Part shown: positions 24,993 to 38,181 of the stretch, in pieces
How the letters are laid out: each line of letters opens with the position of its first letter
Position numbering within the stretch: the stretch's first letter is position 1
From: Lama guanicoe
Taxonomy: Eukaryota
Assembly (NCBI GenBank): GCA_013239625.1
Contig: MU056000.1
Span: forward strand, 11,235,175 to 11,299,174
DNA length: 64,000 nucleotides
Reading direction: 5' to 3'
Notes under the pieces: generated by a model
The model's database searches: none
What the model was told of the DNA's origin: nothing
What the model saw: only the letters and a program-made list of their open reading frames with translations
Position numbers and translations under genes: made by a program

Positions 24993-27123
24993 GGCTTTTA
25001 CCAAAAAAAGCAGAGCATGCAGGAGAAACTTACTGGTAACTCAGCACGAGGCAGGTTATGGGAAGATCTGTAAGTTGCAGGCACCATGCTATCAAGATGG
25101 ATCTAAGTGTGAGATCCTGCCCTCCAGGGGACCTGAGTGATTTCTGAAGTTGGTATTTCTGTTGGGCCATAGGGAATAGATCCTCTCTGGTTAGGTGAAG
25201 ATTGACGGAGAAATAATGCCAGGACCAAGTGATGATAAAACTGCAAGGTCTAGGAAGTCTAAAAGCATAACACAAATTCAAGAATAGAACGTGAGTGGAA
25301 GAGAGAAACTCATCGAGGAAGACTGAGCGAAGGATACTTTTTGGTGACACATTTGAAAGGGTCTGAAGCGTCTGAACCAAGAAGTTACATTTAATTTTGA
25401 AGGCAACTGGAGAGCAAACGTAAGTTTTTGAGCCAACGAATGATAAGATTGAAAAAGTGCTATGAGATTAATATAACAATAGTGTATAGTATCTCTAGGG
25501 ATAATAAGAAGTTGAATGAGCAGAGATATCTCCTCACAGTCTATTTCTAGATTCTAGGCTTGAGGTAAGGAGACATAAATTGGAAGTGGGGAGAGTTGGG
25601 GGAGTGGGGACAGAATGCTGGAGGTGACAAAAACATTTTTCTTAAGAGTTAGCAGACTATCTATATACACAAAGCTTAATTAAGCTATCAGAGAAACTCA
25701 TTTGCCTCTCTCTTATCTTAAAAACTTTCCTGAAAAGCAAAATTGTGAAATACTGTGTTTTTCTTTTCCTCATAATGTGTTTAAAAATGAGCAAAGAAAT
25801 CAAATTTCTACTTTAAAGCCAATGCTGTTTTGGATTTTATAAAAAATTTACCAATTATTTCCAACTTGTTATTAGGGTAAAATAGCAATATTCTCTTGAG
25901 ACCTACCTCCTCACTTATATTTTAGAGGGAAATTTGGTGATGATTCAGAACACTTATAATAACATGGGAAGTTGCAATGTGAAAGCAAAATATTCCTTCC
26001 TGACTTTTAATGTGTTTTCCAGAAGTTGAGACACAGGGAATGTAAGCAGAAGCCAAGAAAAAAGCAATAGAAAGGGGGTCCTTTAATAAAAATCACTGAA
26101 AAACAGATCATCTGTAATTTCTTAAAAAAAATAACTGGTAGTTATTTTTTAAATAGTTATCAAGGATTATTATGAAAGCATGACAAATTCTAGAACAACG
26201 TAGAGTCAGTTCTCATTCTAACTTAGTAGCCATCACCTAAATCTAAATCTTGACTTTAACCTTGATTTCCAAGTTGCACATAAATTTTGCATATGCACAT
26301 GTACATTTGGGGAGCACACTGACATTTTATTAGTTTATCCAAGGGGTCATCATGCCTAGTTAAGAACTTCAGAACTAGGCTAGTGGTTCTAAAGAAAATC
26401 TCTTTTGTCTTTACTAGTCAATAATGAAATGAACGAAATGAAGATGGTGTGTGTGTTTTTTTTTTGGTAAATATAGAAGACTATTTTATTTGAAATAGTG
26501 ATGATAGATTCTAGTCGACAATATTGTTGTCTCTAATTAAAAAAGGATTCACTTTCTTACTTTCACTTCTTTAAGATTCATAGAGCTCAAATGTGTTTGC
26601 TATACAGTGACTCATAATTAACATTATTGAGTTTGGTTACTGAAGAAGGAGTCTGGGCTGAAAGTGTGTAGCAGTTTTCCACAACAAAGGTTAAATCAAA
26701 GAATTCCTTGAATAATGCTCAATTAACTCTGGATCAAGTTAATCCGCAAACTGTCTTCTTTTAGACAGGGTAGGAAAACTGTTCTATTTATTTGCTAGAG
26801 CAGCCTAGCCTTCTTTTTAACTATGCAGATTCTTGTACTCTCCCTGCAGGGGGCTATGAGGCGGTAGGGCACAGAGGGACTCAGGAACATGCATTTTTTT
26901 CATTAAACATTCCCCGACTGGTTCTGAGGTAGGTGTGCTCAAATCATACTTTGATCATAACTAGACGAGGAGGTAAACTGTAGTTGTCCACGTGAGAGAG
27001 AAGGAACAGCCAGGTCTCTGTGAGGCTTGGGAAGGATCCTCTAGTAGAAGAAGTTGACCCAGGTTGAAGGTCAACTTCTACCGTTCACTCCCTGAATCTT
27101 TTTCCTATTGTGTAATTGAGAGA

Positions 27124-27559
27124 TACATTAGCTTCCTGGGCTGCCAGAACAAAGTGTACCGCAAGCCAGGTGACTTAAAACAATGGACAACAACTGGAGA
27201 CTAGAGGTCCATCACGAAGGCGTCAGCAGGGCTGTTTCCCCTCTGAGCCCGCATGGAAAGCTTCTTTGTCCCTTCCTGGCCTCCGGTGGTATCCACTGAG
27301 CCTTCGTGTTCCTTGGCTTGTAGCTGCAGTCACCCCGTTCTGTGCCTCTGTCACCCATGGTGGTCCCCCTGTCTCTTTCTTCTTGTGAAAGGACATCAGT
27401 CATATAGACTAAGGATCCTTTTCCACTCCAGTATGACCTCATCTTTCCTAAACCAATCACCTCTGCAAAAATCCTACTTCCCAATACAGGTCACATTCTG
27501 AGGTCCTGGAAGTTAGAATCTCCACATATCTTTTTGGAAGACACAATTTGCCCACAGCA
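27124..27559 (-). mobile_element. MaLR LTR (MLT1B/C-like), near full length
   Basis: 'gttccttggcttgtagctgca', 'aaggacatcagtcat', 'ccagtatgacctcatc' and 'aggtcacattctgaggtcctgg' are hallmark antisense MLT1C motifs. Confidence 0.85.
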
Positions 27560-29061
27560 GAAGGAGGAAGTGGGTGGGCTCGAAAAGGTCAGGGGTTCTG
27601 AAATCAGAGTCAGTGACTGGTTCAGCATGACTCTTTAAAGGTCTCTTGAGAAACAAGCTAAAATTACAGGTTTCTTTAACTCGACCTCCAGAGTCTGACT
27701 TAGGAAGTATGAGATTGTGCCTTGGGATCTGTATTAATTACCACTTTGCAGGAAATACCCTCGCTGAGGGACCCTACCAGAAGCAGCCACTTAATTGCTG
27801 TTTTACTGAATGTACTGGGTAAATAATAAGTTATGACTCCATAAAACTTATGTAATAAGCACGTGTAACTATGTGCAGTGTCTTCACAGTGCTCTGCTAC
27901 CACGCTTCCCTCTGTTTCGGCCGGGGCAGGTAAGTGGTGTTCACACATTACACTTGTTTACTTAATCGTCCCATGCTCTTAAAGAAAATTAAAGCTTCTC
28001 TTAAGAACAGTTTTTTATAAAATTAAGCACAGTTTTGATGTTTTCATTTTTCCACTATTTCATTATCAAAGGGATGATGAAAATTGGGTCATTTGCTCTC
28101 ATTATGACTGTTTTCTTTTCATTAATCGGGGCAAAAGCTCTGCTTGAAGTGGAATCAAAATGCGAATACGAGCTCACCCGGGCCTCTGAGGGTTTCAAGA
28201 GGCCATGCATTTGATAAAAATGGCATGTTGAAAAGTCCGCCTTTCAAGCTAGAATACAGATAAAATAGAGATGGACTGAAGCGAATGGAGCTCTTCGCTG
28301 CAGACACGCTCAATAATACATATGTTGTTAATCCCTGGTCGTTTCCAAGTAATTGCAGGCTTCTTCATGGAACCAATTTTCTGATTTTGGAGACTAAGAT
28401 AATTCAAATTGCATGTCTTTAAGTAGGATAATAAGTGGAGTCTGCCAGTGCTTGTTTGCATAGCTGCTCATGCTGAAGGAAGGAATTGGACGATGTGTGA
28501 CTTAAAACGATAGTTTTGTCATTTAGTCCTTTCTCTGGCAAGTGGGGTCACAGCAGTCTAAGTATGAATAAGTGTGTCTCGGGATCGCTGAGTTGCATGT
28601 TGAGTGGAATTTATAATTTTTACTGTGTAGTTGGCTGTGTCAAGTAATGCATTTTTAAAAAAAAGGAAATGTGGTTGCTATGTGAACAATTTATAATCCG
28701 TGCATAGTTTCCTTTGAGTTTTTTACTTACACTTGTGGTCCAGTGGGACTTTTTCTCTACAGTGTCATTGTCACTGATCTGCATTTAGTTTGCAATATTC
28801 CATGCAGTATTTTTGCCTCTCTGGTGATGTTGCGTGTAAAGTGAGGTACAGATTTTTGATGATTCCTTGCCAGTCTGGTCCACAAAGTATTTTGCCTAAA
28901 TTATTGTCTCATAGAAAGCATTTTTATATGAATTCCCAAATATTTTAATGTTTGTATGGCATGTATGGATCTAGATTTAGGAGGAGTGTGACTGGATGCA
29001 GATGATGTCTGTGAACTTTTCTCAAGGTCAAGTTGAAGATAGAGAGAAATTATTTCCGAAC

Positions 29062-29329
29062 TTTTTTTGGGGAGTATAGTTGATGTACAATTTTGTGTTC
29101 ATTACAGGTATATAGCAAAGTGATTTGGTTATACATATATGTATATATCTATATTCTTTTAAAATTCTTTTCCATTATACTTTATTATAATATATTTAAT
29201 ATAATTCCTGTGCAATACAGTAAATCGTTGTTTACCTATTTTATATATGGTAGGGTGCCTCTATTAATCCCATACTCCCTGTTTATCCCTCCCCACTCCC
29301 CCTTTAGTAACCATAACTTTGTTTTCTAC
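29062..29329 (-). mobile_element. Artiodactyl-type LINE-1 3' UTR fragment
   Basis: 'gagtatagttgatgtacaat...gcaaagtgatttggttatacatata...gtaaccataactttgttttcta'. Confidence 0.85.
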
Positions 29330-29994
29330 GAGAAATACTGTTTCTTTTCATCATATCTTTTTGGTTCGTCCAGCGTCCACTAAGACTGAAGCCTTGATTT
29401 CCAGATTATCAGAGAAGGGTTGCATATTCTCTTGAGAGATCTACTATTGTTTGTGTCTCTGGGTCAGTGGTCATCAAAGAGAAGTATGAGAATCTAAGCT
29501 GAGTAACACTCCAATAGTCCAAAGACTAGTGATGACATCCCACGTAAATATTCAGACCTTCACTGGAAAACGGTAGTTTCAGGCAGAGTGGCACATATAT
29601 TATCACTCAGTCTCAGAATTTACTGGCTGTTCCTCATCAAGTCGTTGGGTTTTCTCACTTGTAATGGTTTCCTTTTGGCTACAGCTTACGTTCACTGCCA
29701 TGCTTCAGTTCTCGCATTTGTGTACTAACCAATTAATTAATGTAAAAATAGTTCTCAAATATTTACTGCCTGGCTGCACACACTCGGGTTAAACAGCTTA
29801 AGAGAAACTCTCAGTTTAATTGAGGAGCTAGATCCAGGGGGAGAAAATTCCATTGTTGGAACATGATAATTGGTACAGTATAGCACAAGGGCGCGATGTG
29901 AAAAAGAATGCGTGAGAAAGAAAGTAACAAGAAATCCATGGGTTGTAAGATACTCCTCGTGAAATAGGCAATTATAATGAAAATGTTCTTCAAA

Positions 29995-30460
29995 CTATTT
30001 ATTCCTTTACTGTGTATTTACTGAGCATTTCTATGTGTCGGACATTGTGCTGACGAGGACAGGAATGTGGATGGACCTCAAGACTCCCAGGTTGGGAGGA
30101 AGATAGTTAAGTGGATGGAACATCACAGCCTTGGGAAGGAGCTGCCCCAGAGAATGGAGGGCAGTACCCTGGAGCATAGAGGCAGGCGCGCTTGAGGAGT
30201 AAAGAAAGTGAGGTCCATGCAGACGAGCACAAACCAAAATGGGGTCATTGAAAGAGATGAGGGATCCTCACAGAAACAAACGCAGAGGGTGTCTGGCCTT
30301 CAGAGAACGGGACTTGGTGTAGTGTGCTGAGGCCAGAAGCTAGGTGGAAATAAACAGGTGCTGATTCTGAAGGATGTGACCTATTTGATTCAAAAGTGGA
30401 AGTGTTGGAATTTTATTTTTAATAGTAAAATTTTTTAATAAGATAACGTCCAATTCAGTC
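29995..30460 (-). mobile_element. Diverged L2 fragments
   Basis: 'tatttactgagcatttctatgtgtcggacattgtgct', the antisense L2 tail, followed by purine-rich L2-like sequence. Confidence 0.55.
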
Positions 30461-30879
30461 TCCTAAGTGACAGTGAGCTCACTGTAACTCAACAAGTATA
30501 TAACATTAATGGCCTGGAGACATACGATAACAAATGCAATTATATTTTCCCCCAGAACACAAGGATATGACCACCTTATATTGTGCATGGCAGATAAACA
30601 AGGTCACACTCAGGCAGTGGCAGGTCCTGGTTTATACCGTCAGCCCTGAGGGGTAAGCTGGCATTGCAGTGACACTTGACTCCACTGTGTTCTCCGTCCT
30701 TCAGTGGCCTGGATTCCTGCTCCTTTTGCTGCTCCTGCTGGTTCTGGGTGGAGTTTTGGCAAAATATGCTGAGAGTGCAGTGAGATGGGTGAACAGAGAG
30801 GAGGAAGAGGACAAAGACAGCGGCTCTTTCTGGAGGGGGAAGAGGTCACTCTTCAGGGCATCCAGTTGAGATTTTGCTT

Positions 30880-31010
30880 GTGCTGCCCAGGAACTTGGTG
30901 ACTTAGGGAAATCCTTCAGTCTCTCAGGACCTCAGTTCCCTTATTTATAAAATGAGAGACTGTCATGATGGCCTCTCTAACTTTGATATTCAAAGACTTC
31001 AAGTTCTGTA
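30880..31010 (+). mobile_element. MIR/MIR3 fragment
   Basis: 'gtgacttagggaaatccttcagtctctcaggacctcagttcccttatttataaaatgag'. Confidence 0.7.
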
Positions 31011-31042
31011 ATTCAATGGCAGGACTCTTTTTTTATTGCTCG

Positions 31043-31097
<55 letters not shown>

Positions 31098-31175
31098 TTA
31101 TTCTTTCTTTCTCTCCTTTTCTTTCTTTCTTCCTTTCTTCTTTCCTTCCTTCTTTCCTTTCTTTCCTTTTTTTTC
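31043..31175. repeat. (CTTT)n/(CTTC)n polypyrimidine microsatellite
   Basis: Directly visible tetranucleotide array. Confidence 0.95.
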
Positions 31176-31318
31176 ATTCTTTCTATGTGAGTTACAGAAA
31201 CTATAAAACTGTAACATATGTATTTTGACCTTTGAATCTAAGGCAATTCTTTTAGGTAAAAAAGTTTTCTTTGAGATGATTGAGGTAGAATCTTCACCTT
31301 TGACAGGGATTTAAAAAA

Positions 31319-31460
31319 TTTTTTTGTTTGTTTTGTTTTGGGGGGGAAGGTAATTAGGGTTGTTTATTTATTTTTATTTAATGGAGGTACTGGGGATTGA
31401 ACCCATGGCCTCATGCTTGATAAGCATGTGCTCTACCACTGAGCTATACCCACCCTCCCC
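31319..31460 (-). mobile_element. vic-1-type camelid SINE (tRNA-Ala derived)
   Basis: Minus strand reads ggggagggtgggtatagctcagtggtagagcacatgcttatcaagcatgaggccatgggttcaatccccagtacctcca (A box and B box, tRNA-Ala-AGC-like), then an A-rich linker, 'cctaattacct', a C-run and an A tail. Degenerate TSD tgacagggatt (31301) / tgacatggggatt (31461). Confidence 0.88.
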
Positions 31461-32659
31461 TGACATGGGGATTCTGAAAGACAATTACAGAAAACAGCTG
31501 TAATGCAGAACTCCATGTGGTAATTTCAAATCCAAGAATTAGATTCAAATCCTCTGACAGTTTTCCATCTCCCATCAGTCGTGTCCAAGATACAGCATTT
31601 CTTCTGTTTCATCCCTTAGTTGAAGTTAAATTCTTCTGGAGACTAGGCTGCATGTTTTTATTTATTTTTTAAATCCAGAATGTTCTTTGTCATCTGACAG
31701 GGTAACATATTAAACTGCTTAAAATGCTTCGTGAATGAAATCACATGTCTGAAACGCTGTGTCCGTTACGAGAGCTCTCCAAGGGCAGGCTTGTGTTTGT
31801 TCAGTCCCCTTTGTCCTTTTTGTCTTACCTAGTTTCTCATCCCCAGGCTTTTTCTCTCTCTTTTCAATCCCAGTAGTGATCTTAGGCATAAAGCAGATTT
31901 CTATGCAAAGGCAGTTTGTTCAAATTGGTAGGGTGGATTACGTAAAAAAAAAAAAATTATTTGGCATTTTTTATCTGGTTTAAATGGATTAAAAAGAATC
32001 ATGATGATCAGAGCTTCAGGGCTGGCCCCATCTGATTTTACATTCTCACAAGCTTCTGTGGTTGAAGGAAAATTGCATTGAATTTTCATAAACACATTAT
32101 TATCTAACTCCCTCCCACCTTAACGTGTTTTGACATCAAATCCTTAAATATGTATTGACGATCTCCACGTGAGAGGCTAAGTAGTGTAACGTGCACATTG
32201 AAGCTCATGTACACAAGAACATGAACCCACGAGGGCAGGAATTCCTCTTTGTTATTGTTACATTCCTTTTGTCTTCAATAGTGTTTGGCAAATTAAGTTG
32301 TTAACGAGATTAAATTAATGAATGTGAGAATAACCCACGTTCACCAGAGGATGAGAATGGTTCCTGTTTTGTACAGCTTGTGTCTGCAGCCCCTAGGAAA
32401 GTGTCTGCCTCTCATTTGTTGAGTGAGTGAATGGACTTAAGGATTGGGTCCTGGTTGTTAAAGAGTTTACAGTCTGGTTTGGGAGACAGATTGGCAAAAT
32501 AGTCAAGAGCAGTAATGTTTTGGGACCACAATGGAAAATTATCACAAAACAGTCATATTTTAATTGTCCAAATAATAACATAAATGATTGTTCTAGATAT
32601 TCAAGGCTGGAAAATAATGTATGACATACACTACCCCTAAGACTTTGACTTTGCTGGAT

Positions 32660-33570
32660 TATTTTTATTTATGTATGTACTGAATAAATCTTTACATGCC
32701 TCTATGGTCCAGGCAGTATATCAAGTACTGGGGAGTCAACAGTGAATAAATAGATGTAGGTCTTGTGCAAATTGAACTCATAGTCAAATGGGGAAAACAG
32801 TCTAAAAAAGTAATAAATAAAATGAAAAATTCTGAAGGGAAAAATGAGAGGAGCTACCTCTGAAAGGCTAAATGAGAAGAGTGGAATCTTTGAGCTGAAT
32901 TTAAGGAATCTACTTTTCAAAGAACATTCCAGGCAGATGAGGCTTTGTGTACAAAGGCCCTGAGTCTCTGAGGCTGTGTGGAATTCAGTCCCCAAGACAG
33001 CTGTTCTGGATGGGGATGAAGTGGCAGGTACCAAAGGATTTTGAACAGGAGGGCTTGGTAAATCAGTATACCATGGTGGACATGATATAACGACTTTTTA
33101 AAGACATTCACCCTTGCTTACGAGTGGAGAATGGATTGTGGAGCCCAAGAATGGAAGTAGGCATTTTAAAATAGTTCATCAAAGACTTGATTAAGGTAGC
33201 AGCAGTGAAGAACATGTGATCTGGAAGGATTTGAGGTCAAACTAAAGAATTTGCTGTTGGAAAAAAAAGTGGAGGATGGCTAAGGGAAAAGGGGTCAAGG
33301 AGGAGTTCTAGCTTCCTGACTGAATTAAAGGGGGAGAGTGGGGTTCTTTATTGAGGTGGAAAATACCAGTGCAAAGAAACAAATGTGGGGTGGGGAAGCA
33401 TGGATTCAATGGTGGACAAGTTAAGCTTGAGATATCTGCCAGGTAAACTCAGAGATGTCAAGTCAGAGCAGGGAACTAGACATGTGAATGTGGATCTCAG
33501 AGGAAAGGTCTGAGCTGATGATGTAGACAGGGGAGCCTCCAACATGTTGAGGCCCCAGTGATGGAGAACC
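32660..33570 (-). mobile_element. L2 (L2a-like) 3' ~0.9 kb
   Basis: Antisense L2 tail, 'ccaggcagtatatcaagtactggggagtcaacagtgaataa', then 'ttaagcttgagatatctg...gtggatctcagaggaaaggtctgagctg'. Confidence 0.75.
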
Positions 33571-35329
33571 AGCCGGGCATATGAATATTCCATGAATACT
33601 CATCGTTGTACAGCATTTGATAACATTGTAAGTTCTTAATTAATAGTTATCAATTAAATGAAATTTGTTCTATAAATATATCCAAAGGTTTTGAGAGGCA
33701 TCAAAACGACCACTCACTGTAACTGGCTACACCCTCAATCCTAAGATCAGTGGGTGAAAATTGTACAAATATTTTCAATATTCTTTACTACGTGCAAACT
33801 TCCAGAGTGAATTCCACCCTAAGGCAGACATTTAGGATTGGGACAGGGGTTTCACCTGTTAATATTTTACTACATTAAAAAAGCAGTTATCATGGTAAGT
33901 TTTCACGTTTTGGTGCACGTATCTCTCATTTTCAGTAAAGAATTGTTTGAAAAAATTTAAAGAATAAGGATCTAATGTTTTTAAACTGAGCGCACTTAGG
34001 ATGAACATATTACATGCTTGTTAGTGACACCTCCGCTGGGCAGGGATGTTGTCATTTGGCTCCGTTGCTGTACCCTGGCATCCAAGGCCAAAGAAGGATG
34101 ACCAGATTTTTGCACTTGCCAGGTTGAAGCCAGGAGCTTCATAAGGAATAGGAAGACTCTTTGTGGTTCCCCAAACACTGTGGAATCAGAGGAGGCACAG
34201 CACCCTGGAGGGCTGTAGTGTGACAGTGGAGTTCCACAGAATGTTGTCACAAAGAAAGATTGAGCAACCATGAGAAGGAATGGTTGACCTATGATTTTCT
34301 AGCACCTTCGACGTTAAAAACTATTGGTTGGATCTGTCAGAAATTATTTCCTCTTCAATATCCTTTTTCCCAGGATAATAATGTAGTGGGAGTCAGAAGG
34401 TAAACAGAAGTCAATTACAGAAATGGGTGTTATTGCTTATTTGCTAGTTATGTCTATAAACCATATAGAGTGGGTTTATGGGCAGGGTGTAGACTGTGTC
34501 AGCCTGTCCACCATCCAGGGCTGCAGTCATCCAGCCTTTCTTAGCACAGATGTTTTTCTTGACCTTTGGGTATTGACTTCTCCTACTATTTCTGCCTCAC
34601 TGAGTTGCCCTCCTCAAAGGGCTGTAGCACTTTTTCCACCACTACAGAGTTTCCAAAGGAGAAACATGTGGTCCGTCTTGCTCTTGATGTACTGTATTAA
34701 AATATTTACTTTTCATTCATCTTCAACAAATAATTTTTGAGCACCTACTTTGAAAGTTCTACAGAGGACCAAAGTGTAAAGTACAGACCACAGTCTAAGC
34801 TGGACTGAGTCGGGCCGGTTAGTATGCCCCAAGTCACATCAAGGCTTCTTGAAGCACCTTCATGCCCTCCAGTCCTCATGGGAGATCTTGCTTTAGTCGC
34901 GGTGGGAATGGATAAGTAGCCAGGAGTAATGACAGGGATTTCTTCTTTGTATGTCTCCAACCGTCTACGTGTCCACTCTGTGTGCTTCTTCTTCCATTTC
35001 CTCCCCCTTTACCTTTATTTCCTGTCCCACCTCTTTATCAACATCCTCTTTCCTTTTTATAGCTTTAATCTTGTTCTCTTCCTAAACTGGCGGACAGTTT
35101 TTGTTGGTATTTCTATGCCAACCTTTGACTATGCATTTCCCACAAGACTAAAGTGCTTTTCTGCTTCCAGTTTCTCTCTCCAGTCTACATCTCTTCACGC
35201 CTGGGGCTGGGGTGGTGTCTGACTGGGGATGGTATCTGACTTGCCCTGGTCTCTAATCAAAAGAGCATAAATCTGACATCTGAAGACAAACCACAGTGCT
35301 ATCCATTCTTTCCCAGCATCGTCTGCTTA

Positions 35330-35480
35330 CTGTGGTATTTATACAATTAGCCCCATCTCTATAGATGGAGGAGTCCAGACTATCACCTGGTACCCATTTC
35401 TCAGCTAATGGGACAGAGGCACAAGCCTGTAGAACAAAAAGGTCTATTTCCAAATGAAAACTAGATATGCTGTGGAGTCC
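35330..35480 (-). mobile_element. MIR fragment
   Basis: 'attagccccatctctatagatggaggagtccaga', degenerate MIR core. Confidence 0.45.
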
Positions 35481-36344
35481 TGAGTCCACTCTCTGCCCTG
35501 TGTCTTAGCAGGTATGGAAGGGTGCCTTTATGTAATTCTCTCTACTAATCAACTCCACCGTTCCTTTACCTGGAAAATTAGTAATCCAAATAAACTTCCG
35601 TTACTGCAGCTAGAACTTACAACTTCTGGCATGCAAGGAGCCGGAGTGCCACGTTTAGTTACTGATGCCAACTATCATATTGCCTGACATCTCAGTGCTG
35701 GAGTTCTCTTTGCCAGTTTAATTTTGCTGTAGGGGATGAAAAATCAGTTATCAGATCCCCTGACCACTTGTGTAAATCTCCGGGACAACATCTTCAGAAG
35801 AAAACAGTTCATTTTTCCCTTTCTCACTTCAAGAAACCTGAGCCAATAATTAGATATGCTTTTATTCTCAGTTCTATTCTCATGAATCCTCCAAGTTATG
35901 TCTTTTTCTTTGGGGTTTTATTTGTTTTCAAACCAGAAGAGCACTTTAAGTAAAGTTTATGGAATTTAAAAATGCCCAAGGCTTAGTAACACACTATTGG
36001 AATATTTGAATATCACTAAATTTGCAGCAATAAAGTTATGTGTTGTGGGTTTTTTGGCAAGGGATAAAGGTTGGAGTTGTCCCAGGAAACGTTTTTCTCA
36101 CATAGTTGGTCATTGACTCAAATGGCACGTGTTCTGCAATCATACTTGCATGACATTGGTGGGTCTCTAGACACAGTTAGTTCCTTCTCACTGAATGATC
36201 AGGAATGTTTTTTAAATGCAGCACCTGCTCTCTGAAAGATGCTGGGGCCAAGACTGGAGAAGTCCCTGGGTCTTGACCACAAGGAACTTACAATCTAGTT
36301 GGGAAGTTAAGACATTACACTGTGGTCCCAAAGACATCATTAAA

Positions 36345-37132
36345 AATGTAAACCCTGTCGTCTCTACCTTCAAAACATACAGAGTCTGATTCCTGCTTAT
36401 CACATCCATTGCTGCCACCTATCCTGTCCATTAAGCCACTGTCATCTCTCATCCCGAGGATTATTGCTGTAATCTCCCAAATGATATCTCTGCACTTCCA
36501 CTGTTGCCCTCGTTAGCTTGTTCTCTACATAATAATCAAGGCGATCCAGTTGAAGAATGAGTTGGATCATGCCAGTCCTCTGTTGAAAGCCCTTAGAAGC
36601 TCCTGGACCCACTTGGAGTAGAGCCAGTGTCCTTGCAATATAGATAAGATTCTACACACAATCCAGCCACACACTCCCTCTTTGACTCTCTGCTTTCAGC
36701 GTTTACCAGTTTTCCTCTGACACACTCTGCTCCATCCACGCTCACCACTTTGCTCTTCTGGGAGTTTCCACCAGGAAGGCCACTACCTCGGGGCCTTTGC
36801 ACCTGCTGATCCTGCTGCCTGGAATCCTCTTTTGCCCAGATGACCACTCACCCCTCACATATTCAGGTCTTCACTCACAATGAGATCTTTTTAGGCCACA
36901 TTATCTTAAATTGGGCTCTCATATGTACACACACACATGCGTACTTTGATTTTTCTATATAGATATCACCATATGAAGCCATAGTATTTCATGTATTGTC
37001 TTTCTTTTTCCTCAGTAGGAAGGAAGCTCTGTGAAGGCAGTTTTTTTTTTACAGTTTTGTCTCCCATATCTTTAACACCTAGAATGGTGCCTGACACACA
37101 GTAAGTAGCTAATAAATATTTATTGAATGATT
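36345..37132 (+). mobile_element. L2 (L2a-like) 3' ~0.8 kb
   Basis: 'ctctaccttcaaaac', 'cctcgggcctttgcacctgctg...tgcctggaat' and the terminal 'cctagaatggtgcctgacacacagtaag...aataaatatttattgaatga'. Confidence 0.85.
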
Positions 37133-37156
37133 ATTTTTATTTCACACGTGAAGGGC

Positions 37157-37400
37157 TGTAATAGTTTCTTAGGGCTGCTGTAATGAAGTGTCATGAATTG
37201 GATGGCTTAAAGCACAGCTGTATTGTCCACAGCTCTGGAGGATGGAAGTCTAAAATCAAGGTGTCTTCAGAGCCATGCTCCCTCTAAAACCTGTCCGGGA
37301 GAATCCTTACTTGCCTCTTCCAGCTTCAGGGAGCCTCAGGTGCTAACTTCAGCTGCAGCACCTGAATCTTCTGCCTCCAATGTCACATGGCATTCTTTCC
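37157..37400 (-). mobile_element. MaLR LTR fragment (MLT1A-C-like)
   Basis: 'tgtaatagtttcttagggctgctgtaa...ggcttaaa...cacagctctggaggatggaagtctaaaatcaaggtgtc'. Confidence 0.8.
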
Positions 37401-38181
37401 TCATTTGGGGTGGGGTGGAAGGAAAAACTCTTCCCTTAGTATGTGACCTCCCTTTTGCCTCTAAAATTTGACCAGACTAATATCCCATCAGCACAGCTCT
37501 GGTCCAGCATCTACTCTGACCAAAAAAACCATCATCTATAAGTTGTCTAAATTCTCTAGTCTCAGATTTGAGGCTTTCCACATTTTATTAGCCATCCACC
37601 ATTACATGACCTGTGACCAATCTAATGTGTAGGATTTGCTCCTCTCTGTCAGTATCCTTTGCTGCATCCCTTCACGTCTCTTGCACTTTTTCCTAGAACC
37701 CTTCTCCAGAGCAACCATTACTTAAAACCTTTCCTGCTGTCTTTCCTCCTAAGTCCAACTTCTCCATCTTCAAAGTGTGCAAGTTTACCCCTATCTTTTT
37801 GAAGACATTTATTGTTTCACACCCTGCTTGAAATTATATATGAATGAAGGTTTTGTCTCCTCTAAATAAACATACCAGCAGTATTATTTTTTAGTTGATA
37901 AAACTTGTCAGAAGATTGTAGATTTAAATTTTAAGAAAATTTTTTTGTTTTGAATCAAAGAATCTGACGTTTCAAATGTAAGAACATGTTTTTCTTCAGT
38001 CGTTTTCTGAGACAGCAATGCACAATGATGAAATGAGGTTAAGAAGGGTGAGAAACAAGAATTAAGAAATGTGAAGAAAGTTCAGTGGATATTAAAAAAA
38101 TCTATCATGACATGTAGCCATCTTTGTTTTTTGTGTTTCAAGCACCTACACTGTCTTTGGAAAATAAATTATTTTACATAT

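Noticed and set aside
31381..31455. Functional tRNA-Ala gene
   Set aside because: Disrupted anticodon arm and acceptor stem, plus SINE tail and TSD. It is a SINE.
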